Below, in pieces: positions 17,235 to 24,000 of a stretch of 24,000 bases of DNA. The notes below the pieces were generated by a model, which was not told where the DNA came from, did not search any database, and saw only the letters and a program-made list of their open reading frames with translations. Both the position numbers and the translations under genes were made by a program. The stretch comes from Eubacterium sp. AF22-8LB (GTDB taxonomy: Bacteria; Bacillota_I; Bacilli_A; Erysipelotrichales; Erysipelotrichaceae): assembly GCF_003458715.1 (NCBI RefSeq), contig NZ_QRVI01000001.1:57997-81996 (forward strand). Reading direction: 5' to 3'. Positions within the stretch are counted from its first letter, which is position 1. Each line of letters starts with the position of its first letter.

Positions 17235-18162
17235 TCATCACCGTCGATGAATTTTCCTTCTCAAAATGATGTTCCTTAGGCTTCTTGAATATCCACTCTC
17301 TCATCACTTTTTCTAATTCTGATAAATTATCTAAATATGGCTTTAAATCCACACCATCCATATGGAATAAACATAATTTCAATCGTCCTACACTACTTAA
17401 GCGTATACGATTACAGTCTTGACAAAACTTATTATGTAACGCTTCAATAAAACCAATATAGCCTTGATAATCTGTTATTTTATAATAGTGTGCCGGCCCA
17501 TTTCCAAGCTTTTTATCGTACACATTTAATGTATAATTCTTTTGTACATATTCAATCAATTCATCCATTTTTGTGTTTCGATCACTATTCTTTAATGGCA
17601 TCAGTTCAATAAATCGCAGCGCAATCTTTTTATCTTTGATGAGTTCCAACATAGATTCAAAGCGTGAAAATGAAAATAGATTATCCACAACACAATTCAC
17701 TTTAACCGCAATTCCAATCTTATAAGCATATTCCAAATTCAAAAGAATTTTCTTCAAATTATTTATCTTACATATCTTTAAATATTCAGATTCATCTAAT
17801 GTATCAATTGAAAAATTTATACAATCAATACCAATCTTTTTGAGTTCATCTAAATCAGAAAACGAAAATAAACTTCCATTGGTCGTTAGTGTTACTTGTT
17901 CAACACCATCTAATTCTTTCAATCTACGAATAAATCCAATATATCCTTTACGAAGTGTGGGTTCTCCACCCGTAATTTTAAATCGCGTGATTCCTAATAA
18001 AACGGCACATCTACAAATATCTAAAAGTTGTTCATACGTTAATATATCCGAATGACAAAGATGTTTTGCGATATCTGGCTTGCAGTAGTAACAAGCATAG
18101 TTACATCGGTCTGTTAATGAAATTCGCATATAATTTATGTTTCGTCCAAATGAATCTTGCAT
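17218..18162 (-). CDS. moaA: GTP 3',8-cyclase MoaA (radical SAM)
   Basis: '[16 protein letters not shown]' (CX3CX2C), '[11 protein letters not shown]', C-term '[18 protein letters not shown]' (CX2CX13C) and terminal 'MNEIGG'. Preceded by GGGAAGGAT RBS. Confidence 0.97.
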   Translation of the reverse strand: MQDSFGRNINYMRISLTDRCNYACYYCKPDIAKHLCHSDILTYEQLLDICRCAVLLGITRFKITGGEPTLRKGYIGFIRRLKELDGVEQVTLTTNGSLFSFSDLDELKKIGIDCINFSIDTLDESEYLKICKINNLKKILLNLEYAYKIGIAVKVNCVVDNLFSFSRFESMLELIKDKKIALRFIELMPLKNSDRNTKMDELIEYVQKNYTLNVYDKKLGNGPAHYYKITDYQGYIGFIEALHNKFCQDCNRIRLSSVGRLKLCLFHMDGVDLKPYLDNLSELEKVMREWIFKKPKEHHFEKENSSTVMNEIGG

Positions 18163-18174
18163 AATATCCTTCCC

Positions 18175-18196
18175 GTTATTCTCATGCGAGAATAAC
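18175..18196. promoter_or_regulatory. Perfect 9-bp-arm inverted repeat in the moaA leader (candidate operator)
   Basis: GTTATTCTC-ATGC-GAGAATAAC, located just upstream of the moaA RBS. Confidence 0.6.
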
Positions 18197-18201
18197 CAAC
18201 T

Positions 18202-18223
18202 GATTCAATTTTATCATTGAATC
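18202..18223. promoter_or_regulatory. Perfect 8-bp-arm inverted repeat overlapping the candidate moaA -10 element
   Basis: GATTCAAT-TTTATC-ATTGAATC. On the minus strand the centre reads GATAAAAT, a plausible -10. Confidence 0.55.
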
Positions 18224-18251
18224 TACATTTTATCTACTTTAAAATGGAATC

Positions 18252-18791
18252 ATGAAACGATGTACGTGGTGTAATCTAAACAATCCAAAATATATTGAAT
18301 ATCATGATAACGAATGGGGAAAACTGAATACAGATGAAAAATATCTATTTGAAATGTTGATACTTGAATCTTTTCAGGCAGGACTAAGCTGGCAATGTAT
18401 TCTAAATAAAAGAGAAGCTTTTAAAGAGGCTTATGAAGACTTTGACATTGATAAAGTGATTGAATTTGATGAAGAAAAAGTAGAACAATTAAGAAACAAT
18501 CCTAATATCATTCGTAACAAATTAAAGATCAAAGCGAGTATTTCAAATGCGAAGATTTTTAAATCCATTCAAGAAGAGTATCAAACTTTTTATAATTATT
18601 TATGTACTTTTACACATGGGAAGATTAATTATGAAACAGGAAAAACCACATCGACTCTTTCGGATTCCATATCAAATGATTTAAAAAAAAGAGGCATGAA
18701 GTTTGTAGGAAGCACCATTATATACTCCTATCTTCAAGCCATTGGTGTTATTTATTCTCACGAAAAAGATTGTTTCTTATACAAAGACTAA
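18252..18791 (+). CDS. tag: DNA-3-methyladenine glycosylase I
   Basis: 'RCTWCNLNNPKYIEYHDNEWG...LFEMLILESFQAGLSWQCILNKREAFKEAY' and 'GMKFVGSTIIYSYLQAIGVIYSHEKDC'. Zn-type Cys/His residues retained. Confidence 0.94.
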   Translation: MKRCTWCNLNNPKYIEYHDNEWGKLNTDEKYLFEMLILESFQAGLSWQCILNKREAFKEAYEDFDIDKVIEFDEEKVEQLRNNPNIIRNKLKIKASISNAKIFKSIQEEYQTFYNYLCTFTHGKINYETGKTTSTLSDSISNDLKKRGMKFVGSTIIYSYLQAIGVIYSHEKDCFLYKD

Positions 18792-19120
18792 TCCCATGTT
18801 TTCCATACATTTGGTTCATAACCTACTGTCGCCAATTTGCCGTTACGCACGATTGGCGTTTTTAGTATGTGCTGGTTAAGATACACCTTTTCCTCTTTAT
18901 TCGATAAATAATTCAACATCGTCAATAATTCTTTATCCTTCGCCTTTGGATCAATCATAGAATCAATTCCTACTTGTCTTAATACACTCTCAAATTCTTT
19001 CTTACTCATTTCTTTTTCATCTAAATTGATAAACTGAAACTTAATATTTCTTTCTTTAAAATAGCGTTGTGCTTTCTTTGTATCAAAGCACTTGTTCTTC
19101 CCAAAAATCTGTATATTCAT
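18788..19120 (-). CDS. ArsC/Spx-like thioredoxin-fold protein
   Basis: 'MNIQIFGKNKCFDTKKAQRYFKERNIKFQFINLDEKEMSKKEF...KTPIVRNGKLATVGYEPNVW'. Confidence 0.88.
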   Translation of the reverse strand: MNIQIFGKNKCFDTKKAQRYFKERNIKFQFINLDEKEMSKKEFESVLRQVGIDSMIDPKAKDKELLTMLNYLSNKEEKVYLNQHILKTPIVRNGKLATVGYEPNVWKTWD

Positions 19121-20382
19121 CGCATTAACCTCTCTACCCTTTTTTGTACTTCATCATATAGTGTCTCAATCTCAAATCCTACATGAAAATGTCCATCTTC
19201 ATATAGAATCTTTCCATTGACCATCGTATATTTTACATTGGATTTAGATCCGCTGTATACAATATTTTTTGCGACATTATTCATTGGCTGCATATTCGGT
19301 TGATGTAAATCTAAAACAATTAAATCTGCCAACTTTCCAGCTTCTAATACCCCACAATTTAAATTTAAAGCCTTGGCTGCATTGACTGTAGCCATTTTTA
19401 GTACTTCATATGCATCGACTGCAGAAGCATCCTTCTCTTTATATTTTGCCAATCCCGTCACTAAAAACATTTCTCTAAACATATCTAGACAATTATTACT
19501 TGCCGCACCATCCGTTCCTAGACATATGTTAATCTTTCGTTGAAGCATCGATTGGATTGGGGCTATACCACTGGCAAGCTTTAAATTGGATGCAGGATTC
19601 GTGATAACATTTAAGTGTTTTTCTTCAAATAACGCTAAATCGTGTTCACTCATATGCACACAATGAAAGGCTCCACCGCCATAGTCATATACACCTAGAT
19701 CACATAAGTATTCAACAGGACTGCGTCCCGTCTTTTCTTTGCATGTATTAACTTCATATTCTGTTTCACTTAAATGTGTATAAACAGGTGCTTTATATTT
19801 ATGAGATAATGCAGCTACTTGTTGAATTTTTTCTTTAGAATTAGTATATTCATGACTAAAACCTAGTATATAAGAAATCAAACTATTTTCTTGATTGTAT
19901 TCATTGAAGCAACGCTCTACATCTTCTACAGATAGACAAAAGTCATTGACCGCACCACACAAAACTGTTCTATAATTCATATCAAGGCTTGCGTGTAAAA
20001 TAGCTTCTGGATTAATATACATATCAAAATTGGAAGTGATGCCGCTGGTTAAATATTCTAATATAGCTAATTTTGAGAAATAATAAATATCTTCTTCTGA
20101 AAGCTTTGCCTCAATCGGAAATACTTTTTCATTCAGCCACTGCTGTAAAGGCATATCATCGGCCATGGATCTTAAAAATGTCATTCCAGAATGGGTATGC
20201 GCATTGATAAAGCCAGGCATAATTAGATTCTGGCGTACATCTATTTCTCGGTCAAAACAAAAAGTAGAAGCTTTCACTTTTCCTACATATATAATCTTAT
20301 TATCTTCTATCCAGACTTCTCCTGAAAAAATATCAAAATCCTTCATCGTGAGGATTCGTGCATTATAGAATCGAATACGCAT
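19117..20382 (-). CDS. amidohydrolase, MtaD-like (5'-methylthioadenosine/S-adenosylhomocysteine deaminase family)
   Basis: 'MPGFINAHTHSGMTFLRSMADDMPLQQWL', 'VYTHLSETEYEV', 'NPASNLKLASGIAPIQSML..INICLGTDGAASNNCLDMFREM'. The track start is 20388; ATG at 20382 fits the upstream AAGAAGGG better. Confidence 0.88.
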   Translation of the reverse strand: MRIRFYNARILTMKDFDIFSGEVWIEDNKIIYVGKVKASTFCFDREIDVRQNLIMPGFINAHTHSGMTFLRSMADDMPLQQWLNEKVFPIEAKLSEEDIYYFSKLAILEYLTSGITSNFDMYINPEAILHASLDMNYRTVLCGAVNDFCLSVEDVERCFNEYNQENSLISYILGFSHEYTNSKEKIQQVAALSHKYKAPVYTHLSETEYEVNTCKEKTGRSPVEYLCDLGVYDYGGGAFHCVHMSEHDLALFEEKHLNVITNPASNLKLASGIAPIQSMLQRKINICLGTDGAASNNCLDMFREMFLVTGLAKYKEKDASAVDAYEVLKMATVNAAKALNLNCGVLEAGKLADLIVLDLHQPNMQPMNNVAKNIVYSGSKSNVKYTMVNGKILYEDGHFHVGFEIETLYDEVQKRVERLMR

Positions 20383-20425
20383 ATGCATCCCTTCTTTCTA
20401 ATCTAATCATCCCACAAATAGAATC

Positions 20426-20457
20426 AAAAAAAAAGAAATAACTTTTGATTATTTCTT
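20426..20457 (-). terminator. Rho-independent terminator downstream of the VanZ-like gene
   Basis: Minus strand AAGAAATAA-TCAAAAG-TTATTTCTT followed by a T-run (A-run 20426-20434 on +). It includes the gene's TAA stop. Confidence 0.65.
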
Positions 20458-20880
20458 CTTAAAAATCGATTTTATTAATTCGATAATCGCCACCACCAGC
20501 AGGAATATAAAGGACATCGCAAAATAACCGACTAAACCTGCCAAAATATCGTTAAAGTCCATTTCTCCCGTGTGCGAATACCATTGACCTATTTCAATCG
20601 CAAAGGTGATAACCACAAGTACGGTAAACACATAGAACCAGCTAATTAAAACTGTTAGATGTTTTTTTGCCATCCACTTAAATAGTGGATAAATCACTAG
20701 TAACATCGCAATTCCTAATAAACCAATAACTATGAAATGCAACTGCTTATCCGATAGTTGAGATTCATACGCATCATTCATACTTAAAATACGGCTATGT
20801 GTCTTATAGATGATGTCGATCAATATGTCGACAATCCTTTTTAAAGTTGAAGTATTATCCATCATGCGTGCATTATACAT
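20449..20880 (-). CDS. small integral membrane protein, possibly VanZ-like
   Basis: 'LSDKQLHFIVIGLLG...ITFAIEIGQWYSHTGEMDFNDILAGLVGYFAMSF' matches the VanZ-like pattern of D/H and E-Q...D-DhxxNxxG. Three to four TM segments. Confidence 0.65.
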   Translation of the reverse strand: MYNARMMDNTSTLKRIVDILIDIIYKTHSRILSMNDAYESQLSDKQLHFIVIGLLGIAMLLVIYPLFKWMAKKHLTVLISWFYVFTVLVVITFAIEIGQWYSHTGEMDFNDILAGLVGYFAMSFIFLLVVAIIELIKSIFKKK

Positions 20881-20946
20881 GATATCGTTCGATATTTCAA
20901 ATTTCGAAAAATTATACTATTATTGTATCAAAGGAGAACTTATATT

Positions 20947-22134
20947 ATGAAATACGATTTTACAACTCTTTTAAACCGAAAAGGACACGATGCCCTTGCC
21001 CTTGATGTTTTACCTATTAAAGATGCAGAAGTTGATCCAAACTTTACTCAAATCCCTATGTGGGTTGCAGATATGAACTTTCCTGTTTTTGAGAATATTC
21101 AAAGACAAATGATCAACAGAATCAACGAACCTCATTTTGGTTATTTTGAAATGCCAGAAGCCTATTATAAAGCCATTCAATTTTGGCAAAAAGAGACACA
21201 TAACATGGATGTGGAAAAAGAAGCTATCGGATATGAAAATGGTGTTCTTGGTATTTTATCCAGTGCACTTGAGGCTTTTAGTGCTAGTGGCGAACCCATT
21301 TTAGTGCAGTCACCATGTTATATTGGATTTATTCATACATTGAATAATTTGGGTAGAAAAATCATTGATAGTCCATTAAAGAAGGATGATAATTGGTCTC
21401 TAGATTATGAGGATATTGAAAAGAAAATCATTGCCAACAATATTCATTTTGCGATATTCTGTTCTCCACACAATCCAACGGGAAGAGTATGGAAAAAAGA
21501 AGAAATACAAAAATTTATAGATATCTGTAAAAAACATGATGTTTTAGTATTTAGCGATGAAATCTGGTCCGATCTAGTACGTAAAGAAAACACACATATT
21601 CCTACACAATCCGTAAGTGAAGATGCCAAAAATAGAACCATTGCAGCATATGCCCCTAGTAAAACATTTAATCTTGCTGGTTTAGTCGGCTCTTATCATA
21701 TTGTTTATGATAAATATCTTCGTGACCGATTAAATAAGCAGGCTTCTTTATCTCACTATAATTCACCAAATATTTTAAGTGTTCATGCCCTAATCGGTGC
21801 TTATTGTAAAGAGGGATTGGATTGGGTCAATGAATTAAATGAAGTGATTGCGAACAATGTAGATTATGCGATGGATTTTATCTGCACTCATTTCAAAGGT
21901 ATTGAAGTCATTAAGCCAGAAGGCACTTATATGTTATATCTAGATTGCACAAAGTATTTAGATACACACAATATCACCATGGATGAACTTTTAAAGAAAG
22001 GGGTTCACTATGGTGTATGTTGGCAGGATGGCCGTCCATTTATGAATCCAAATACGATTCGTATAAATTTAGCTTTACCAACTTGTTTAGTAGAAGAAGC
22101 ATTTTCTCGTTTAAAAGAATTTGTATTTAAGTAA
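20947..22134 (+). CDS. MalY/PatB family PLP-dependent aminotransferase / cystathionine beta-lyase-like
   Basis: 'FTQIPMWVADMNFPVFENIQRQM', 'FCSPHNPTGRVWKKEEI', 'SDEIWSDLV', 'APSKTFNLAGLVGSY', 'RINLALPTCLVEEAFSRL'. Start chosen at 20947 behind AAAGGAG; the track start is 20923. Confidence 0.92.
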   Translation: MKYDFTTLLNRKGHDALALDVLPIKDAEVDPNFTQIPMWVADMNFPVFENIQRQMINRINEPHFGYFEMPEAYYKAIQFWQKETHNMDVEKEAIGYENGVLGILSSALEAFSASGEPILVQSPCYIGFIHTLNNLGRKIIDSPLKKDDNWSLDYEDIEKKIIANNIHFAIFCSPHNPTGRVWKKEEIQKFIDICKKHDVLVFSDEIWSDLVRKENTHIPTQSVSEDAKNRTIAAYAPSKTFNLAGLVGSYHIVYDKYLRDRLNKQASLSHYNSPNILSVHALIGAYCKEGLDWVNELNEVIANNVDYAMDFICTHFKGIEVIKPEGTYMLYLDCTKYLDTHNITMDELLKKGVHYGVCWQDGRPFMNPNTIRINLALPTCLVEEAFSRLKEFVFK

Positions 22135-22153
22135 AAGAAAGAGGAATCTGATT

Positions 22154-22669
22154 ATGAAAAATACAACAAAAAAATTAGTATCCTGTGCTTTATGCATCGC
22201 CCTAGGCGTATTACTTCCAATGGCCTTTCACATGATTCCAAATGCTGGAAGTGTATTTTTACCTATGCACATTCCTGTATTGATTTGTGGATTATTTTGT
22301 GGTGCACCCTATGGTTTGGCATGTGGAATCATCACGCCCTTTCTTTCAAGTATGACAACAGGCATGCCTCCAGCTATGATTTTACCTCAAATGGTCATTG
22401 AACTTGGTGTATATGGTTTAGTTACTGGTTTATGTGAAAAACACATCAATTTCAAAAACGAAATGTCAAAATTATACATGAGTTTAATTATTGCGATGCT
22501 TGCAGGAAGAATTGTGAATGGTTTAGTAAATACATTTGTACTAAGTACACAAGGCTATACACCATCTGTATTTATGATGGCTAGCTTTATTACTTGTCTT
22601 CCAGGTATTATCATTCAATTAATTGTAGTTCCAATTTTAGTTCGTATATTAAACAAAACAGTAGCCTAG
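22154..22669 (+). CDS. ECF transporter S component
   Basis: 'CIALGVLLPMAFHMIPNAGSVFLPMHIPVLICGLFCGAPYGLACGIITPFLSSMTTGMPPAMILPQMVIELGVYGLVTGL'. Start chosen at 22154 behind AGAGGAA; the track start is 22121. Confidence 0.85.
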   Translation: MKNTTKKLVSCALCIALGVLLPMAFHMIPNAGSVFLPMHIPVLICGLFCGAPYGLACGIITPFLSSMTTGMPPAMILPQMVIELGVYGLVTGLCEKHINFKNEMSKLYMSLIIAMLAGRIVNGLVNTFVLSTQGYTPSVFMMASFITCLPGIIIQLIVVPILVRILNKTVA

Positions 22670-22679
22670 GCTACTGTTT
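22656..22679. terminator. 24-bp perfect palindrome between convergent genes (candidate bidirectional terminator)
   Basis: AAACAGTAGCCTAGGCTACTGTTT. It contains the + gene's TAG stop and overlaps the minus gene's TAA stop. The minus strand continues TTGTTTAATA. Confidence 0.65.
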
Positions 22680-23811
22680 ATTTCATTTCAATCAATTCGT
22701 ATTCTCGATTTCCCAAGCCAATCTTTTGGGCATGTTCTAAACAAGATTTCCATTCCGATTCAGGCGTCGAATTTGTGAAATGGTCATGATGATCACAGAA
22801 GTTTGGATCATGTAGATGTTTATCTAATTGTGATCCTGGCATCGGTTTTGCCTTCATACATAAATCTACACATGCTTGATCTAGGGCAAGCGGATCGAAA
22901 GATGCCAACATTCCAATGTTTGGTAAAATTGGTAAATCATTTTCGGGGTGGCAATCGCAGTTTGGTGAAACATCCACAATTAAAGAAATATGGAAGTTAG
23001 GGCGTCCATCCACAACGGCTTTTGTGTATTCAGCCATACGCTTATTTAATAATTCATTCGCATTGTAGTTATTAAATGAGATCGCATCAAAGTTACATGC
23101 ACCTAAACAACGTCCACATCCAACACAATTTGTTTCATTGATATGCATCTTATGTGTTGTTTCATCATATTCCAATCCATTATTCGCACATTCTTTAAAG
23201 CATTGTTTACAACCACGGCACCGTTTTTCATCAACATGCGGAGTACCTGAACAGTGTTGTTCTTTTTTACCAGCACGCGAACCACATCCCATACCAATAT
23301 TTTTTATGGTTCCACCAAAACCTGTTGATTCATGGCCTTTAAAATGTGTCAAAGAAATAAATACATCCGCATCCATAATAGCTCGACCAATCTTAGCTGT
23401 TTGACAATATTCTCCACCAACAACTGGCACTTCAATATCATCCGTTCCTTTTAGTCCATCTCCTATCAAAATTGGACATCCTACAGTTAATGGTGTAAAG
23501 CCATTTTGCCAGGCACACTCCAAGTGTTCCAAAGCATTTTTTCTTGATCCTGGATACATTGTATTACAATCGGTTAAGAATGGTTTCCCACCTAATTCTT
23601 TTACCACATCCACAATAGCACGTGCATAATTTGGGCGTAAATACGCAATGTTCCCTAATTCTCCAAAATGCATTTTAATTGCGACAAACTTTCCGTCTAG
23701 ATCCAAATCGGCAATTCCTGCTTTTTTTGCCAACAATTGCAGTTTTGTCGGTAGACCCTCACCAAATTTACGGGCATGAAAATCCGTATAGTATACTTTA
23801 GATTTTTCCAT
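22678..23811 (-). CDS. DUF362 domain-containing protein with 2x[4Fe-4S] ferredoxin domain
   Basis: 'VAIKMHFGELGNIAYLRPNYARAIVDVVKELGGKPFLTDCNTMYPGSRKNALEHL' and ferredoxin motifs 'CRGCKQCFKECANNGL' / 'CVGCGRCLGACNFDAI'. Confidence 0.93.
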   Translation of the reverse strand: MEKSKVYYTDFHARKFGEGLPTKLQLLAKKAGIADLDLDGKFVAIKMHFGELGNIAYLRPNYARAIVDVVKELGGKPFLTDCNTMYPGSRKNALEHLECAWQNGFTPLTVGCPILIGDGLKGTDDIEVPVVGGEYCQTAKIGRAIMDADVFISLTHFKGHESTGFGGTIKNIGMGCGSRAGKKEQHCSGTPHVDEKRCRGCKQCFKECANNGLEYDETTHKMHINETNCVGCGRCLGACNFDAISFNNYNANELLNKRMAEYTKAVVDGRPNFHISLIVDVSPNCDCHPENDLPILPNIGMLASFDPLALDQACVDLCMKAKPMPGSQLDKHLHDPNFCDHHDHFTNSTPESEWKSCLEHAQKIGLGNREYELIEMK

Positions 23812-23832
23812 CGAATATCACCTCAATTTTAT

Positions 23833-23860
23833 TTTACAATTCATAAAAAAATGATACAAT
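23833..23860 (+). promoter_or_regulatory. Candidate sigma-A promoter for the right-edge aminotransferase gene
   Basis: TTTACA (23833-23838), 16-nt spacer, TACAAT (23855-23860), followed by AAGGAAG RBS and ATG at 23889. Confidence 0.55.
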
Positions 23861-23888
23861 GCAAAAAATGAAAAAAGGAAGTGTGATT

Positions 23889-24000
23889 ATGAAAGAATTA
23901 TCAAAAAGAACCGAGACATTCACAGATTCTGTAATTCGTCGAATGACTCGAATCGCAAATGAATATGATGCGATCAATCTGTCGCAAGGATTTCCTGATT
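23889..24000 (+). CDS. class I/II aminotransferase, N-terminal part; continues beyond the right edge
   Basis: Hand translation MKELSKRTETFTDSVIRRMTRIANEYDAINLSQGFPD..., where 'INLSQGFPD' is typical of class I aminotransferases. Not in the ORF track. Confidence 0.85.
   Translation, partial: MKELSKRTETFTDSVIRRMTRIANEYDAINLSQGFPD

Noticed and set aside
18175-18196. Inverted repeat near moaA considered as a molybdenum cofactor riboswitch
   Set aside because: The leader is only tens of nucleotides long, much too short for the Moco riboswitch fold. A simple operator or small hairpin is more likely.
20882-20895. Short dyad ATATCG-TT-CGATAT between divergent genes
   Set aside because: Only 6-bp arms in AT-rich sequence, close to chance expectation. 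Kept out of the main findings.
23103-23404. Small ORFs on both strands inside the DUF362 ferredoxin gene
   Set aside because: They are out-of-frame readings of a Cys-rich conserved domain.
1-24000. CRISPR arrays, tRNA/rRNA genes, prophage or defence modules
   Set aside because: No regularly spaced direct repeats, no recognisable RNA gene sequence and no phage, toxin or nuclease-type ORFs were seen on reading.

Overview
The window looks like chromosomal DNA from a low-GC Firmicute, possibly Erysipelotrichia-like (inference only). Its centre is a long, tightly overlapping minus-strand gene train (about 18162 down to 7331, possibly through 6529). This train encodes molybdenum cofactor and molybdate functions (moaA, moaC, MOSC-MogA fusion, modB, modC, modA, a MoeA-like molybdopterin-binding protein, a ModE-like winged helix protein) followed by labile-selenium functions (DUF3343, selD, yedF, yqeB, an EF2568-type cysteine desulfurase, and a YqeC/XdhC fusion). 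This matches the known selenium-dependent molybdenum hydroxylase (SDMH) maturation theme with an 'orphan' SelD. Neither the hydroxylase subunits nor selA/selB/tRNA-Sec are visible here. The most interesting points are the YqeC-XdhC fusion with apparently permuted XdhC domains, TOBE/Mop-less ModE-like and ModC proteins, two adjacent perfect inverted repeats over the putative promoter/leader of the moaA-headed train, and a 12-bp-arm palindrome upstream of a LacI-type regulator. Flanking genes are ordinary: a CyuA-like desulfidase, MscS, an ArAE-type transporter, a sigma-like factor, VanY, Tag, an ArsC-like protein, an MtaD-like deaminase, a MalY-like aminotransferase, an ECF S component and a DUF362 ferredoxin. 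I found no CRISPR array, transposase, prophage or defence system, and I do not claim a wholly new system.
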